Source: Eledone cirrhosa (lineage: Eukaryota). From it: 64,000 bases of DNA. The position numbers and the translations under genes are program-made. The stretch lies in contig OZ024740.1 of assembly GCA_964016885.1 (NCBI GenBank), positions 320,664,001-320,728,000 of the forward strand. The letters run 5' to 3'. The notes under the pieces are model-generated. The model worked only from the letters and a program-made list of their open reading frames with translations, did not search any database and was not told where the DNA came from. How positions within the stretch are numbered: position 1 is the stretch's first letter; each line of letters opens with the position of its first letter. Shown one piece after another: positions 50,700 through 63,500 of this stretch.

Positions 50700-50955
50700 C
50701 TCCTCCCGCTCTCCGACAGGTTTGCGGTCGTACCCCTAGCAGTGGAGACTTCTGGTGTCCTCGGCCCCAAGGCTACCTCCTTACTCACCACCATAGGCGC
50801 TGAGCTGGCCAGCCACAGGTGTGAGCTCCGCAAGTTGGAGTGGCTCTTGCAGTGCGTCTCCCTCGCCGTCCTCCGGGGAAACGTCTTCTCCATTCTGTCC
50901 GCCAGGGCCGTAGGTGGGCCCCATCGCGTACCGTTGTAGTTGTAGAAGAAGAAAC
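50700..50955 (+). mobile_element. CRE-like non-LTR retrotransposon 3' fragment (restriction-like endonuclease C-terminus)
   Basis: Translation ..FAVVPLAVETSGVLGPKATSLLTTIG..LEWLLQCVSLAVLRGNVFSIL fits the P.A.ET.G..G...QR.S.A..RGN motif. Confidence 0.7.
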
Positions 50956-51204
50956 AGGAAGACAACTTCTTATTCTTTGTTTGACTAAATGTTAAACAGT
51001 TAATATTCTACAACCATTGAACTGCTGGAATGTCGATTATTGTCGGGCTTTTAGTATTATACTTCCCTTTCTTGCATTTTTTGATTTCGTCAATCCATCT
51101 TTTTTTCTGAGTGTCCTAGCATGTTTTTGAATGACAGGATTTGTGTCATTTAGAGGCACGAATGGTGCAAACTTAGTTAACAAGAAATGAATAAAGCACT
51201 ATAC

Positions 51205-51310
51205 CCAAATATCAGGTGATGCCTGTGAGGGTACTTGGTTTTTCCAGTGCCTTAGCCTCACTATCACCTGCAGCAATGCTGCAATTGTGTTGGCTTGTCT
51301 AAAAAAGGAA
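51205..51310 (+). mobile_element. CRE-like 3' fragment, same family as 52399-53340 but inverted
   Basis: GDACEGTWFFQCLSLTITCSNAAIVLACLKK versus GDAREGAWLFQRIRLTITRGNAATVLACLKK. Confidence 0.7.
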
Positions 51311-52398
51311 CACTAAAACGCCCTTTGTTGTGCTATGTGAAAAGGATGTGAGTCTCCCTGTCTTTTTATAAGAAATATTTTCCCTTTAATTTTTCCATGT
51401 CAATGTTACATATGGTGTTTATATATTAGTATCTGCCAAGAGTTGTGACTGGTAGATAGTACCAGCAATTAGAAAGACTAATGGAAACATTATTTCCTTG
51501 GTCAGATCTGACAAGTTCCACCTCACTCAGCAAGTGAATACGGTCTGGGATCTTGTTGATTCGGATCATTATATAATTACAGGATAATACAATACTTACA
51601 GAATGAAAGCACAAACAAATATAATATAAAGGAAAGGAAAAACAAAAAAAAAAGAAAGAGAAAAGAAAAAAAACAGAGAAGCAGGTATCACACACATCTA
51701 GGATCACATACAACAAAAGACAGGCGAAAGGAGTGGACAACCGAGCCGCTACCAGAGCAAAGGATAACAGTATCGTGAGGAGCACTGGTAAACTTCTGTA
51801 GCAAGCAATGACACTATTTTATCGCTGCGGAGTAATTTGGTTATGCTTTGTCACTTACCAGCCTTTCGGGCTGGTGGCGTACAAATACAAAAGACGACTT
51901 CCGCCCAGCAGTTGCTTCGCGCCTTTTTTCAGTTTTAGCTAGCAGTGGCGCTTTTCATTTCGTCGACGCCAGCACCTCTAAAATGGCTTCCCCAGTAGAT
52001 TCACCATCTTTCAAAACTACCTAGCAGTTGCTCTTTGCATTTCGTCGACACCAGCGGTTCATAATGGCTTCCCTACTCCTGTGACTTTGCTCTCTCTTAC
52101 AATGAGAGTAGTTTCATTATACGGCTTTTAGGAGATTTATCGTAACCGACAACTTGGTTCCAAAGTACTTGCCTTTAAGAGATTTGCCATTATTTGTCAG
52201 CTTTGTTACACAAAATCTCTGTACCGCTTCACACCTTTTGTACATGCGTTCACGTCAAGCAAAAATAAATCTTTATTATGTTTAACTAAACCTTCTGATC
52301 TGATCTTTCCACCTGGACTAAACATAAACACGTAGCCTTACATCTCTGTCTTCTTTAAGAATACAACAGCTACCAAAGTACTAATTACTAAACCTCTC

Positions 52399-53340
52399 TT
52401 ATAATTTTTTTAGGCAAGCCAGCACGGTTGCGGCATTACCTCGAGTGATGGTGAGTCTGATGCGTTGGAACAACCAAGCACCCTCACGAGCATCACCAGT
52501 TACCTTTGTTAGGTGAGCCGCCAGTGAAGATAAGAATCTCGCAGTCAGAAGCCCGACTCCCCCAAACGTCTCGAACGCCATAAGCTCGAAAATGTAGATC
52601 ACGGTATTTTAGGATTTTGTTCCATTTGACTGAGGAAGCTGTGGCTCTCGCCTTATCTGCAGCATTCAGGATGTGGGAAGAAGCAAAAAAGTCATTTACT
52701 GTGACGTCCCAGACAAGGCACCTGCCTCTCAACCAGGGTAAGGCCGTCAGGTCTTTGCTCATCAATTCTGGACAACTCAGACAGTTCCAAAATTGAGGCG
52801 ATGTTTGCCCAGACCAAAGCTCTCTTGATAAATGAGGTTTAGCTCCATGTGACGCACGAAGCGACCGGCATTCAGGCGGCAAGAAAGACCGCGGAGGCCT
52901 GTGGAGTTTGGGAGTTTACCACACTGACACCTCTGACCCGTACATACGTTGGCTCCCACTCTGAGGGCAATGGAGGCATGAAGTTCGTCCAAGCTGAGTA
53001 GGCCACCAACGTTAGGCATGGGTAGGGCATCACCCCAGTCTCCTGAGTATTTGGCGCTGGTACCGAGCTCGATTTCAAACTGAGCTGGGTAATGGCTGGA
53101 GTGGATTCAAACAGCTGGAACTGTTGCTTGAGAGAGGACGTTAGGAGCCCGATTTCGCATTGTGCACGTGAAGAGAGATGGGAGGGAACAAAAACAGTTT
53201 CTGCCAGTCAGACGTATTGTTGGATAAACAAACGTTTTTCAATAGATTGGAGAGAGCACGTGCAAAGCCATCCCGAACTCCCTTAGGGATCCGGTTGACG
53301 AGCTTCGATTTGGATAAACACCTAGATTTTGACTTCATAT
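52399..53340 (-). mobile_element. Degenerate CRE-like non-LTR retrotransposon with the RT domain apparently deleted
   Basis: Frameshifted pieces: N-terminal NRIPKGVR..SDWQKLFLFP, zinc knuckle C.CG...G..GLSC....GRF.RH..LN, LPWLRGRCLVWDVTV, and AFETFGG.G..WLFQRI.LTITRGNAA. No RT motifs seen in between. Confidence 0.75.
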
Positions 53341-53589
53341 CCAGCTGAAATGTAGTTAATTTTAATCTATGATCGATTAAATAATTACCAGCAATATACT
53401 AACAGCAACTCACTTGATTATACCCCTTCTCCATCACAATTTGTTTAAAAAATCCTTGGGGGATATCTCTTCGTTTTAGAATAAACCGACGTGGTATTTG
53501 CAATTTTCTATTTAGAGTAATCTCCCTTCATTATCACGTCTACCGTCTTAAAGAAATATAAAATACTTTCTGTAAATTGCTTTTGATAA

Positions 53590-54472
53590 ATGTCATCAGA
53601 AGATGGTGTTTCCTTCGCAGATAGAGTGGCCAAATGTGTGCATAATCACTATGAAAAGTATATTTCGCGACGTGGAAAACCTCGAATGGAAAGAGAATGG
53701 ACATTATTAGCTGCAGTTGTTATGGCCATACGAACAGGTTCTGATTATTATCATTTTCGTGTTTAAGTTTTCAGTTAATTTTCATTTACTTCAAAGATTT
53801 ATTCTCCGATCTTGTTACTTGACTTTTTATAGACTGTAATTCTATTTAAGATCGTAACAATACACAGTCCTCACGAGCACTGTACACAATAATTTTCATT
53901 ATTTAAATCCCGCGTAGCTGTTTACGAAAAACGAATTTTTTTCATTATTTATTTTAAATTAACCACATATAACTGAAAGCTAGTCCTTATGTCTTTAAAT
54001 GCAAAGAATTTGAAATTGTGACTTTCAAATCTTTCGGCCTGATGTGAAATGTGTTTGAAAGTCTGTACACTTGTTTCGGAAAGTATTTGTTTGTGACATT
54101 AAATACGACGTTACATTATATATATATATATATAATATATAAGAACAAAAGATGGTTAAAAGAGTTCCATGTATTTTATTATGCGCATTTCAAAAACAAA
54201 TATCATCATGCAATAATATTTGTGTTTTCATCAGATAAAATAGGAAGACATGATATGTGGATAGTGCAGTTTTAAATCAACATATGAAAAGTAGTTTTAG
54301 ATTGATGTGTGATATTGGGAAAAATATTTGAAATGCGCATAATAAAATACATGGAACTCTTTTAACCATCTTTTGTTCTTATATATTATGTATACTCCAG
54401 TCCTACAAACTGTAGAGTGCTTCTTATCCGATATCTGCATTGCTTTATTGTACTACAATAAAACTCACCTCC

Positions 54473-54524
<52 letters not shown>

Positions 54525-57500
54525 AGGTTAAATATAACGTTCGCGAAACTGAAAGTGGATTTTTTGACAAGTGAATGTATATATATATATATAAATAATT
54601 ATTATATTAGTTATCTATGTTCATACATAGAACAAAAAGCGCTAGCTAAGGTTTCAAGGACCAATTATGACCATCTCCCTAGATTTAAATCATCCGTCAC
54701 TCAAGGATCGCTGGAGTGTTCCTCTAATAATGAATGTGGCAAGCCTAAGACATTGAAATAATCAAGTACCCTCGCGGACGTTACCTGATGCATGTGTATG
54801 TGTGTAAGTCTGTATGCAGAGCATATGTATGTGTGGAGCACATGGGCGTGTGTGTGGAGTACATGCATGTATAAGTGTGTGTGTGTAAGAATGGGTATAG
54901 CTTTCATTATGTAAAATCTCATTTTGGGGCACTTTTTTCATAGTTATCTCCGTGTGGGTTTTTAGAGGTTGGCAGGTCTGTATACATGTCATGTAATATT
55001 CAATAATGTTATTAATGTTTTCAATATCCATATTTGAATTGGTTTCAATTTACAGATGAAGAAACAAATCTTAAAGTTGTTGCCTTAGGGACAGGAACTA
55101 AATGTATTGGACAAACTAAAATGAGTAAAAATGGTAAATATTTGCAAGTTAATTTTTTTTTAATTCTTACACCAAGCAAAATTAATATATATTTAGAATA
55201 TTATATTTTTGCTGTTTTACAGCTGGTTTTCAATATTAACATAGGTAGGATGGTATTTTGGGAAGTGGATGTTCCTTTTCAAATAACTGCTCAACTCATA
55301 AATAACAATAGAGGTATGCTATTAGTCAGCCAAATATTTAAGTGTATTATTTAACCATAACATCATAAGATTTGAGATCATGACCATGTCTTCAACATCC
55401 CTACATCTTAAGGCAATGTACCTCTACGTACAAGGGTCAGCTTAAAAGTTCATAGGCTGACTGACCAAGATACTCTTATGGAATGACCAAATGAGGTTTA
55501 TTTTTCAACATAGTCACTGGAATGAAACAATGCAATTATTAATAAGAGTTGAAATTAATGCATGCAATATTTTACAGCTCTAGCATCAATCCTTCATAGT
55601 CAGCCTATGAACTTTTCGGTCGACCCTTGTATTTATGATAATTAACTAATAAAATATTTAGCATCTAGTTTGATTTATCCCCAATTATTTCTGTATGTAG
55701 TTTATTCTATATTTTCTAGGAGATATCCTTAATGACAGTCATGCTGAAGTTATAGCACGGAGAGCATTTCTTCGGTAATTATCTTTTAATTTCTTTCAAA
55801 TGATTGATTTTGTTTAACTGCATCCCATTTATTATTCAATGCTGTTAATAACTGGCAATTTAATTAGTCATAGACCAGTGAATATAATATAAAGTGGTTG
55901 GTGATAGGAAGAGCATTCAGCCATAGAAAAGGACCCTTCAATTGTGTTAAAGACATGAGAGCCTCCCTAATGTTTGGTAACCTACACTACATGCTGTAAA
56001 GTGGATGGTGATAGGAAGGGCATCCAACTAGAAAGCTTGCCAAAAAAAGAGTTCAAAGAACCCTACAGCTATGTCAAGGACATGACGGCCTCCATAGTGT
56101 TGGTGATCTACACGATAAACACACCCAATACACACTGTAAAGTGGTTGATGACAGGAAGGGCATCCAGCCATAGAAAGCTTGCCAAACAGGGTTGGGAAG
56201 ACCTTTCATTCGTGTCAAGGACATAACACATCTAACAGGATTATATTTCTGATCTGTAAACCACCAAACAAATGTTCAGCTTCCTGTTTGTATAGTTCAT
56301 GCATTGAATAGAGAATATTTTTTCAATTTATTGGAGTGATACAAAAACAAGTTAAGTCCTTGCCTAAAGACAGCATAATACCAGTAAACGTATATAAACT
56401 AAAGACCAACATTCTGACAGTATGAATGCTTTTGTCCTCTTTAATCTCTTGCAGACAAAAGCCCATTAACAAACTAAACACGTTTACCAAGTCATTTCAT
56501 GACCTTCTAGAATATCTGCCCATGTACTTTCACCAATAACTAACCTTAACATATTTAAACTATGTTAACGATATTAACATCATATCCCTAATCTTCATCA
56601 CTTCTATTTTCCTGACCTTTTCTCCTCATTTCTTCTTACTTTTCTCATTTCCATATTTCCTCATACTTCTCATTCTCTGACTTCCACATATTCTTCGCTC
56701 TACTTATTCTTACCTTTCACATCCCTTCATTTCTTTTTGTCACCTTTTCTCTACTTCATCTCTCCTTCTCCTCTGTACCCCCAACTTTACCCCCCTCCCC
56801 CCAATTTCTTCCATCTTCTATGCTCCTCTTCACACTAATACTGCCAACCAATGAAAGTAGTATTTATACATTATGATTATTGTATTTGTATTTTTCACAA
56901 GCAATTTTTTCATCTACAGGTTCCTTTACCATGAGATATCATTGGTTTACAGTGGAGAGGAGAGTGAAGTATTTACATTACCAGCTTCAAGTGTACACAA
57001 TCAATGTCTACTTAAAACTAATGTTAATTTTCAATTTTTCATGAGCCATACACCATGTAAGTATCATATATCATCACCATTGTCATCCACATTTTATATC
57101 TGTTTTTCTATACTTCCATGGGTTGGGTGGCTCGTCTCCATCACAGCATCTCAACACTTATTGTGTTCCTTTATTTTTAAAGTCTGGTACTTTATACACA
57201 CACAAATAGCCCTAGTGATGCAGGCCTGGACAGTGTGGGGAAATGTTCTCTGCTGTGTGGGAGCCCATGTATATGCCATCGCGTGATCTCAGCAGACAAT
57301 GGAGAAACCAATTCCCCAGAGGATATAGATATATATATATATACATACTGGTATGCATGTATATGTGTAGCAATGAAAATTTAACTAGTAGAAATCTATC
57401 ACATGATAGTGGACCGATACAACCTACAGAGTTTCTTCATCTAGATACAACCTCCAGTTTAGACAATGTCATACACTCCAAAGTATCAAACTATTTGACT

Positions 57501-60500
57501 GTACCCTGACCTGCTGGAAGCATATAAAACTTATATAGAAATCACAGGATAATTAACTGAGACAATCTACTGAGTATTTTCAGTGTAACTTCCACCCTAA
57601 ACTATGACAGGTAGCACAAGTTATCTCCACCACCCTAAATTATAATGCATACCACAGATCATTAAACTCCATCTTAAACTATGATAGACAGCACAGGTGA
57701 TCCGGCTATATGACTGTGAACTGACTTGGTGGAATATTATGTCTAATTAATATATGTACAGGTAAGAATACAATCCAGAATCTTTGAAAACTGGTGAGGA
57801 TATGTGTCATCAACTATGGCAATAAAATACAAGAAATCTAAGATGTGTTCCTCTTGTTATGTTAACTAAACTACCCTGCTGATTTCATGTTGCTTCAGTT
57901 CATTCAGCTGAAGATGAATACCAGCAGAAGCTGGGGAGCTAGCTTTGCAATGGGCTGGCATCTCCTCTAGGGTGGGGGTGGGGGTAGTCTTTTATTCTCA
58001 GTTACTTAACACCCATGAAACTAAGTTAAGCTCCAACCTCTGCAAGCATACAAAAATGGGCATAGAACAGTAACACAAACTCTAACATTGCATAAAGATA
58101 GATTAGTACCACTGCCTGAAGAAACAATTATGGTGAATTTATTAGCTGTAATGAACCAAAGAATAATCAAGTTATTGGATATATATGTACAGTATGTCTA
58201 TAAATGTATGTATGAAACCATAACTCCTAATGGAGTCTTAGGGGCACTGTTATGTCTTGGGCTCTGTCATGTCTTGGGCACTGCCTTGTCTTGGGCCCTT
58301 GAAACCTGGCAGAGTTGATATATTGCATACATTTATTTAAACAGGTGGTGATGCGTCAATATTTCCAATGATGCCCAAAGATACCTATTCTAGAATTGGG
58401 GAGGTCTGTGTAAATGTCTTGAACCAAACACAATATTTGGATAAGGAACAAAGCAAACAAACAACTGAAGAACCTGTTGCTAAAAAATTAAAAATTGATG
58501 CTGACTTGTATGAAAGCTCATGTGAAAGACATCAGTTTTCTGAAAAAGATGATGTAAGTTATATATACAGATCTATTAATTCTAAATACTGTGTGCTGAT
58601 GATTAGCATGTAAGTTATATGTACAGATCTTTTATTAATACTTAATACTGTCTGCTGATGATTACATAGAATGGTTACTAATTTTAATTACCTACAAGGG
58701 CTGGCATGTAGGTTATATATACAAAGTTCTCAGATGACTGGCTGAGAACTTTGCTTTGGTGATAACTCAGTTCTTATCATCATCATCATCATCATCATCA
58801 TCCTCGTTTAACATCCACTTTCCACGCTAGCATGGGTTAGTATTTATCAATGATCTACAAGAAATGTTTAAAACATGGCAGAGTGGCTTAGAATAAGATT
58901 ATTAACCGTCTTGCCAACAACAACTCTGAGCACCTTTTCAAATTTCATATGTCTAACACCCGTGGACATGCTTAAAAAATTAAAAAACAGTACACCTCCC
59001 ATGACTTTCAGAAACATTTTTTCACACTCAGAGTTGCTGAAGCATGGAACAAACTACCTGCATCAGTTGTTAGCTGCCGGGACACTGCATCCTTCAAAAC
59101 TTCCATGCTTCCTGAAATTCACCAACACTACACCTGATATTCCATTACCACACACATATGCATGTATCTGTGTGTATATCATGACTCATACACTGTTCAC
59201 TTTCTTGAAATTTGTACATTATTCTATGTACTATACATGCACCTTTGATAAGTTGTAGTACACTTGAGCACTGTATACAATCATCATCATCATCATCATC
59301 GTTTAACGTCCATGTTCCACGCTTGCATGGGTTTGGACGGGAGTTTTCCCACTTGAGGCAAGAGTGGTTGTCTGGCGGGTTTTCTACAGCTGGATGCCCT
59401 TCCTAACACCAACCACATTTACAGTGTGGGACTGGGAGGTTTTTACCGTGTTGCCTACACGGCCACATTACAGCGTGGACTGTGTGTTTTTTTTTGTCGT
59501 GACACCTACACGATCTCATTTGTTTCGGCCTGGATGTTGTGGCACCAACATAACTTTACATTGAAAGGGGCGGTGTGGATGGGGTGGTGGGATGGGGGTG
59601 TATTTTGTTAGAGATGCCTACTGACTGTAGTAGGTTTTACTTTGTATTTAGGTAAGGCGGGTCTTCTCTATTACTGAGTACCGCCAAAGATCTCGGTCCA
59701 GTGACATTGTCTTGGAGAGGTGTAAGTGTGTGAGGTCGGAATTTATCAGGTCGTCCCAGGTTTTTCTGGATCTGCCTACTCCGTGGCTACCGTCTATCTT
59801 TATTGCCCTGCACTTTTTTATACGGCTGTCGTCTTTCATGCGCATCACGTGACCATACCAACGTAGCCTTCTCTCGAGTAAACAACATCTGATCCCTCTT
59901 ATTTCTAATTTTTCCTTTAGTTCGTTTATGCTTTGCCGTTCACGTATATTACTATTACACATCCAGCGGAGCATGCAAGCGTCGTTCCTCTCTAGTCTGC
60001 GTATATCCTCTGCACACAATGCCCAGGTCTCACTGCTATGCAACATTGCTGTTCGTATGCAGGCATCATACAGCCTGCCTTTCATTTTTAGGGAGAACCC
60101 TTTAGCGGCTAATAGTGGTATAAGCTCTCTGAACTTTTTCCATCCAGTTCTGACTCTAGCTACTGTACTTTCAGAGCACCCTCCCCCACTGCTGATTTTG
60201 TCACCCAGGTAATGGAAGCTGTCCACTATTTCTATAGAACCCTCTGTGCAATTGAAAGAGCTAGTATTATGTGGGCACTTGCTGCTACTTATTGCACCAG
60301 AGCACTGGCCACATGTAAAATCTATGTTCTTAGTTACCTTACCTGTGATCCCACTACATCTTTTATGCACCCATACTTTGCATTTGGTACATAAAATGGA
60401 GTTTCTACCTACGCCTTTCCTACACACTGAGCATGGCCATTTCCCGGAAGGGACCGGCACCTTATTTTCTTTCCTACAAACTAGAACTTTAGTCTTAGCC

Positions 60501-63500
60501 AGGTTAATTTTAAGGCCTTTTGATTCTAGGCCGTGCTTCCATGTTTGAAATTTCTTCTCTAGCTCGGCCATTGATTCAGCTATGAGCGTTAGATCATCTG
60601 CGTATAGGAGTCCCCATGGGCAGCCGGTCTTGAACTCCACTGTTATAGCCTGAGGGGCAATAATAAATAGTAGGGGGCTAAGAACAGAGCCCTGATGAAC
60701 ACCAACTTTTACGCTAAACTCTTCACTATATTCGTTGTTAATTCTAACCTTGCTGACTGTTTCTTTATACATGGCTTGTATAGCTCTCACAAGCCATTCA
60801 TCAACACCTAGTTTTCTAAGAGCCCACCAGATAATGGAACGGGGGACTCTGTCGCAGGCTTTCTCCAAGTCGACAAAAGCTAAGTATAGGGGTTTACTTT
60901 TAGCTAGGTACTTCTCCTGTAGTTGTCGTACAATGAAAAGAGCGTCTGTGGTACTTTTGCCTGACACAAACCCGAACTGCATTTCATCTAGATCAATTCT
61001 CTCTCTGATTAGTTGCGCTATTACTTTTTCCGTGACCTTCATGACCTGGTCGATTAATTTAATGCCTCTATAGTTACACCTATCTAGAGCATCTCCTTCA
61101 CCCTTGTAGCAGTTAATGATGATGCTGCTACGCCAGTCCTTCGGAACAACCCCATTCTGTATGACTTGGTTTACTATCCGGGTGACCATAGTGTGTCCCA
61201 CCGTTCCAGAGGCTTTCAGCATCTCAGCAACTATTTCCAAAGGTCCAGCCGCCTTACCTGTTTTCATATCTTTGATTGCCTTACTTATTATACTACCTTC
61301 GACTAACACTGCTGGTCCCTCTATTGGGTCAATGTGGGGGAGACTATCTTTTTCCCATTTATTCTCCTCATTTAGTAGTCTCTCGTAGTGACACTTCCAA
61401 GCTCCCTTCTTATCAGCGTCAGTGATGGCAAGTATGCCATCATCATTAAATACACACTTCTCCCCGACAATATCACGGTTTTCCTTGACACATTGCCTAG
61501 CAATCCTGAACACCTCATGTTTTTGGTCCTCGCGTTGTAGAACATGCTTGAACTTTCTTTCCTCTGCTTCCCTTCTTGTGAAGTACACTTGTCTCCTAGC
61601 TTCCCTCCTGGCCACTTGATAGTCTTCTCTGCTTCCCCCATCCCGCCATACTTTCCAAGCCTGCTTTTTGGCCTTAATTGACTCCTCCACCTTACTGTTC
61701 CACCACCATGTTACTCTCCTCCTGCCTACAGGCCTGCTCCAGCCACAGACTTCGTCTGCTGCCATCAGCAGGTTTGCTTTCAGGAATACCCACTGTTCCT
61801 CTATATTGTACGACTCTAATTGCTCTTCCTTACTGTCGAAAGCATCAAGTAATATGCTTTTAAATTTATTTCTGGCTGTGGGGTCCTTTAGCTTCCATAT
61901 TTTTCTCCTGAGGATAGTCCTCTTCTGCTGTCTAGTACGTCTCGTCCTGACTATGAGGTCGCTAATTATCAGTCTATGTTGGGAGGTGCATTCTTCATGG
62001 GGGAGGGATTTAGTGTTTACAACAGACACTCTGTCACGTCTTCTGGTAAGGATATAATCTACCTGGCTGGTATGTTCCCCTGATCTGTAGGTGATCAAGT
62101 GATTGTCTCGTTTTTTGAAGTTAGTGTTACAGATAGTTAGGTTATTTGCATCACAGAATTCCAGGATTCTGGAGCCTTCCTCGTTTCTAGTACCAAACCC
62201 ATAGCCTCCATGGATTCCGTCATAGCCGTCACAATGTTGTCCAACGTGGCCATTTAGGTCGCCAGCAATAATTATATAGTCACTGTCGGTTATTTGGGAG
62301 ATAGTGAGCATCAGTGTCTCATAGAATCTGTCTTTTATAGCGCCAGGCAGTCCGGATTGGGGCGCGTATGCAGATATTACTGTCACGGTAGTTCTATTTA
62401 GAACAAGTCTTATTTTAATTATTCTGTCATTCACTCTATTTACATCTATTATCTTATCCACCCATTTTTCTGCTAACATGATTCCTACCCCACCTATCCC
62501 ATTGTCATTTCCCACCCAGAAAAGCTTATAGCAACGTTTTTTACCCACAATGAATCTAGCAGCCCGCCCCTCCACCTGGTCTCTTGGATACAGCAAACAT
62601 CAACCTCCTTACGTTCAAGCATTTCTACAACCTCGTTAGAGCGGCCTTTTAAGGTGCCTACATTCATGGTACCAACTCTGAAGTTTTGGATTGTGTTTGG
62701 AGGATGGGGCGCAGGGAGGGGTGAGGGGGATGGGGTTGTGGTTATGTTGGCCATCCGCGGCCGAAACAAAGAGGAGGGGGCCTTGCCCTTTCGTCCGGCA
62801 GCATGAGGTGAATTTGTCGTTATCTTTGGCATTGTCATCGAGTGTCCAGATTCTTCAGACTCTCCAGAAATTCCTTAGTCCCTCCATCATATCGATACAA
62901 TAATTTTCATTATATTACATCACATTATAAATTTAGAAATGGCTAAAGTACTAGTTAGAAGCAAATATCTTACACATCTCTTTATTATTCTGCACTAGGA
63001 TAGTCTTCATAGAATAAAGTAATACCTTTCCACACAATCACTAAGCAATTGATATGTTAACATGATAGAAGTTGATCAGTTCTAGTCAGCTTAAACTGAA
63101 CACAAGAGAATGTTGATCAAATGTTGTCATCAATCTAAAGATCAACATGTCATACTTACATAGAATGGTTACTAATTTTAATTACCTACAACGGTTGGCT
63201 GAAAAGTTCATAAGCTGACCAAGACACTCTCATGGAATGACCAAATTAGATTTATTTTAAACATAGTCTCTGGAAAGAAACAATGCAGTTGTTAATAAGA
63301 AGAATTGAAATTAATGCGTGCAAGATTTCATAGTCAACCTATGAACTTTTCAGCCCACCCTTGTAGAAGAAGAATAAATCAAATAAGGCTTAAAATTACT
63401 TTAACATTCTAGTATTTGAAAATATTGTATTTCAGATGAAACATGCCATGGAACCGCCATTTACTTCAGCTGAAGACATTTATCGAACAGGGGCCAAGTG

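Noticed and set aside
59928-62057. Plus-strand ORFs within the RTE
   Set aside because: Antisense shadows of the RT ORF.
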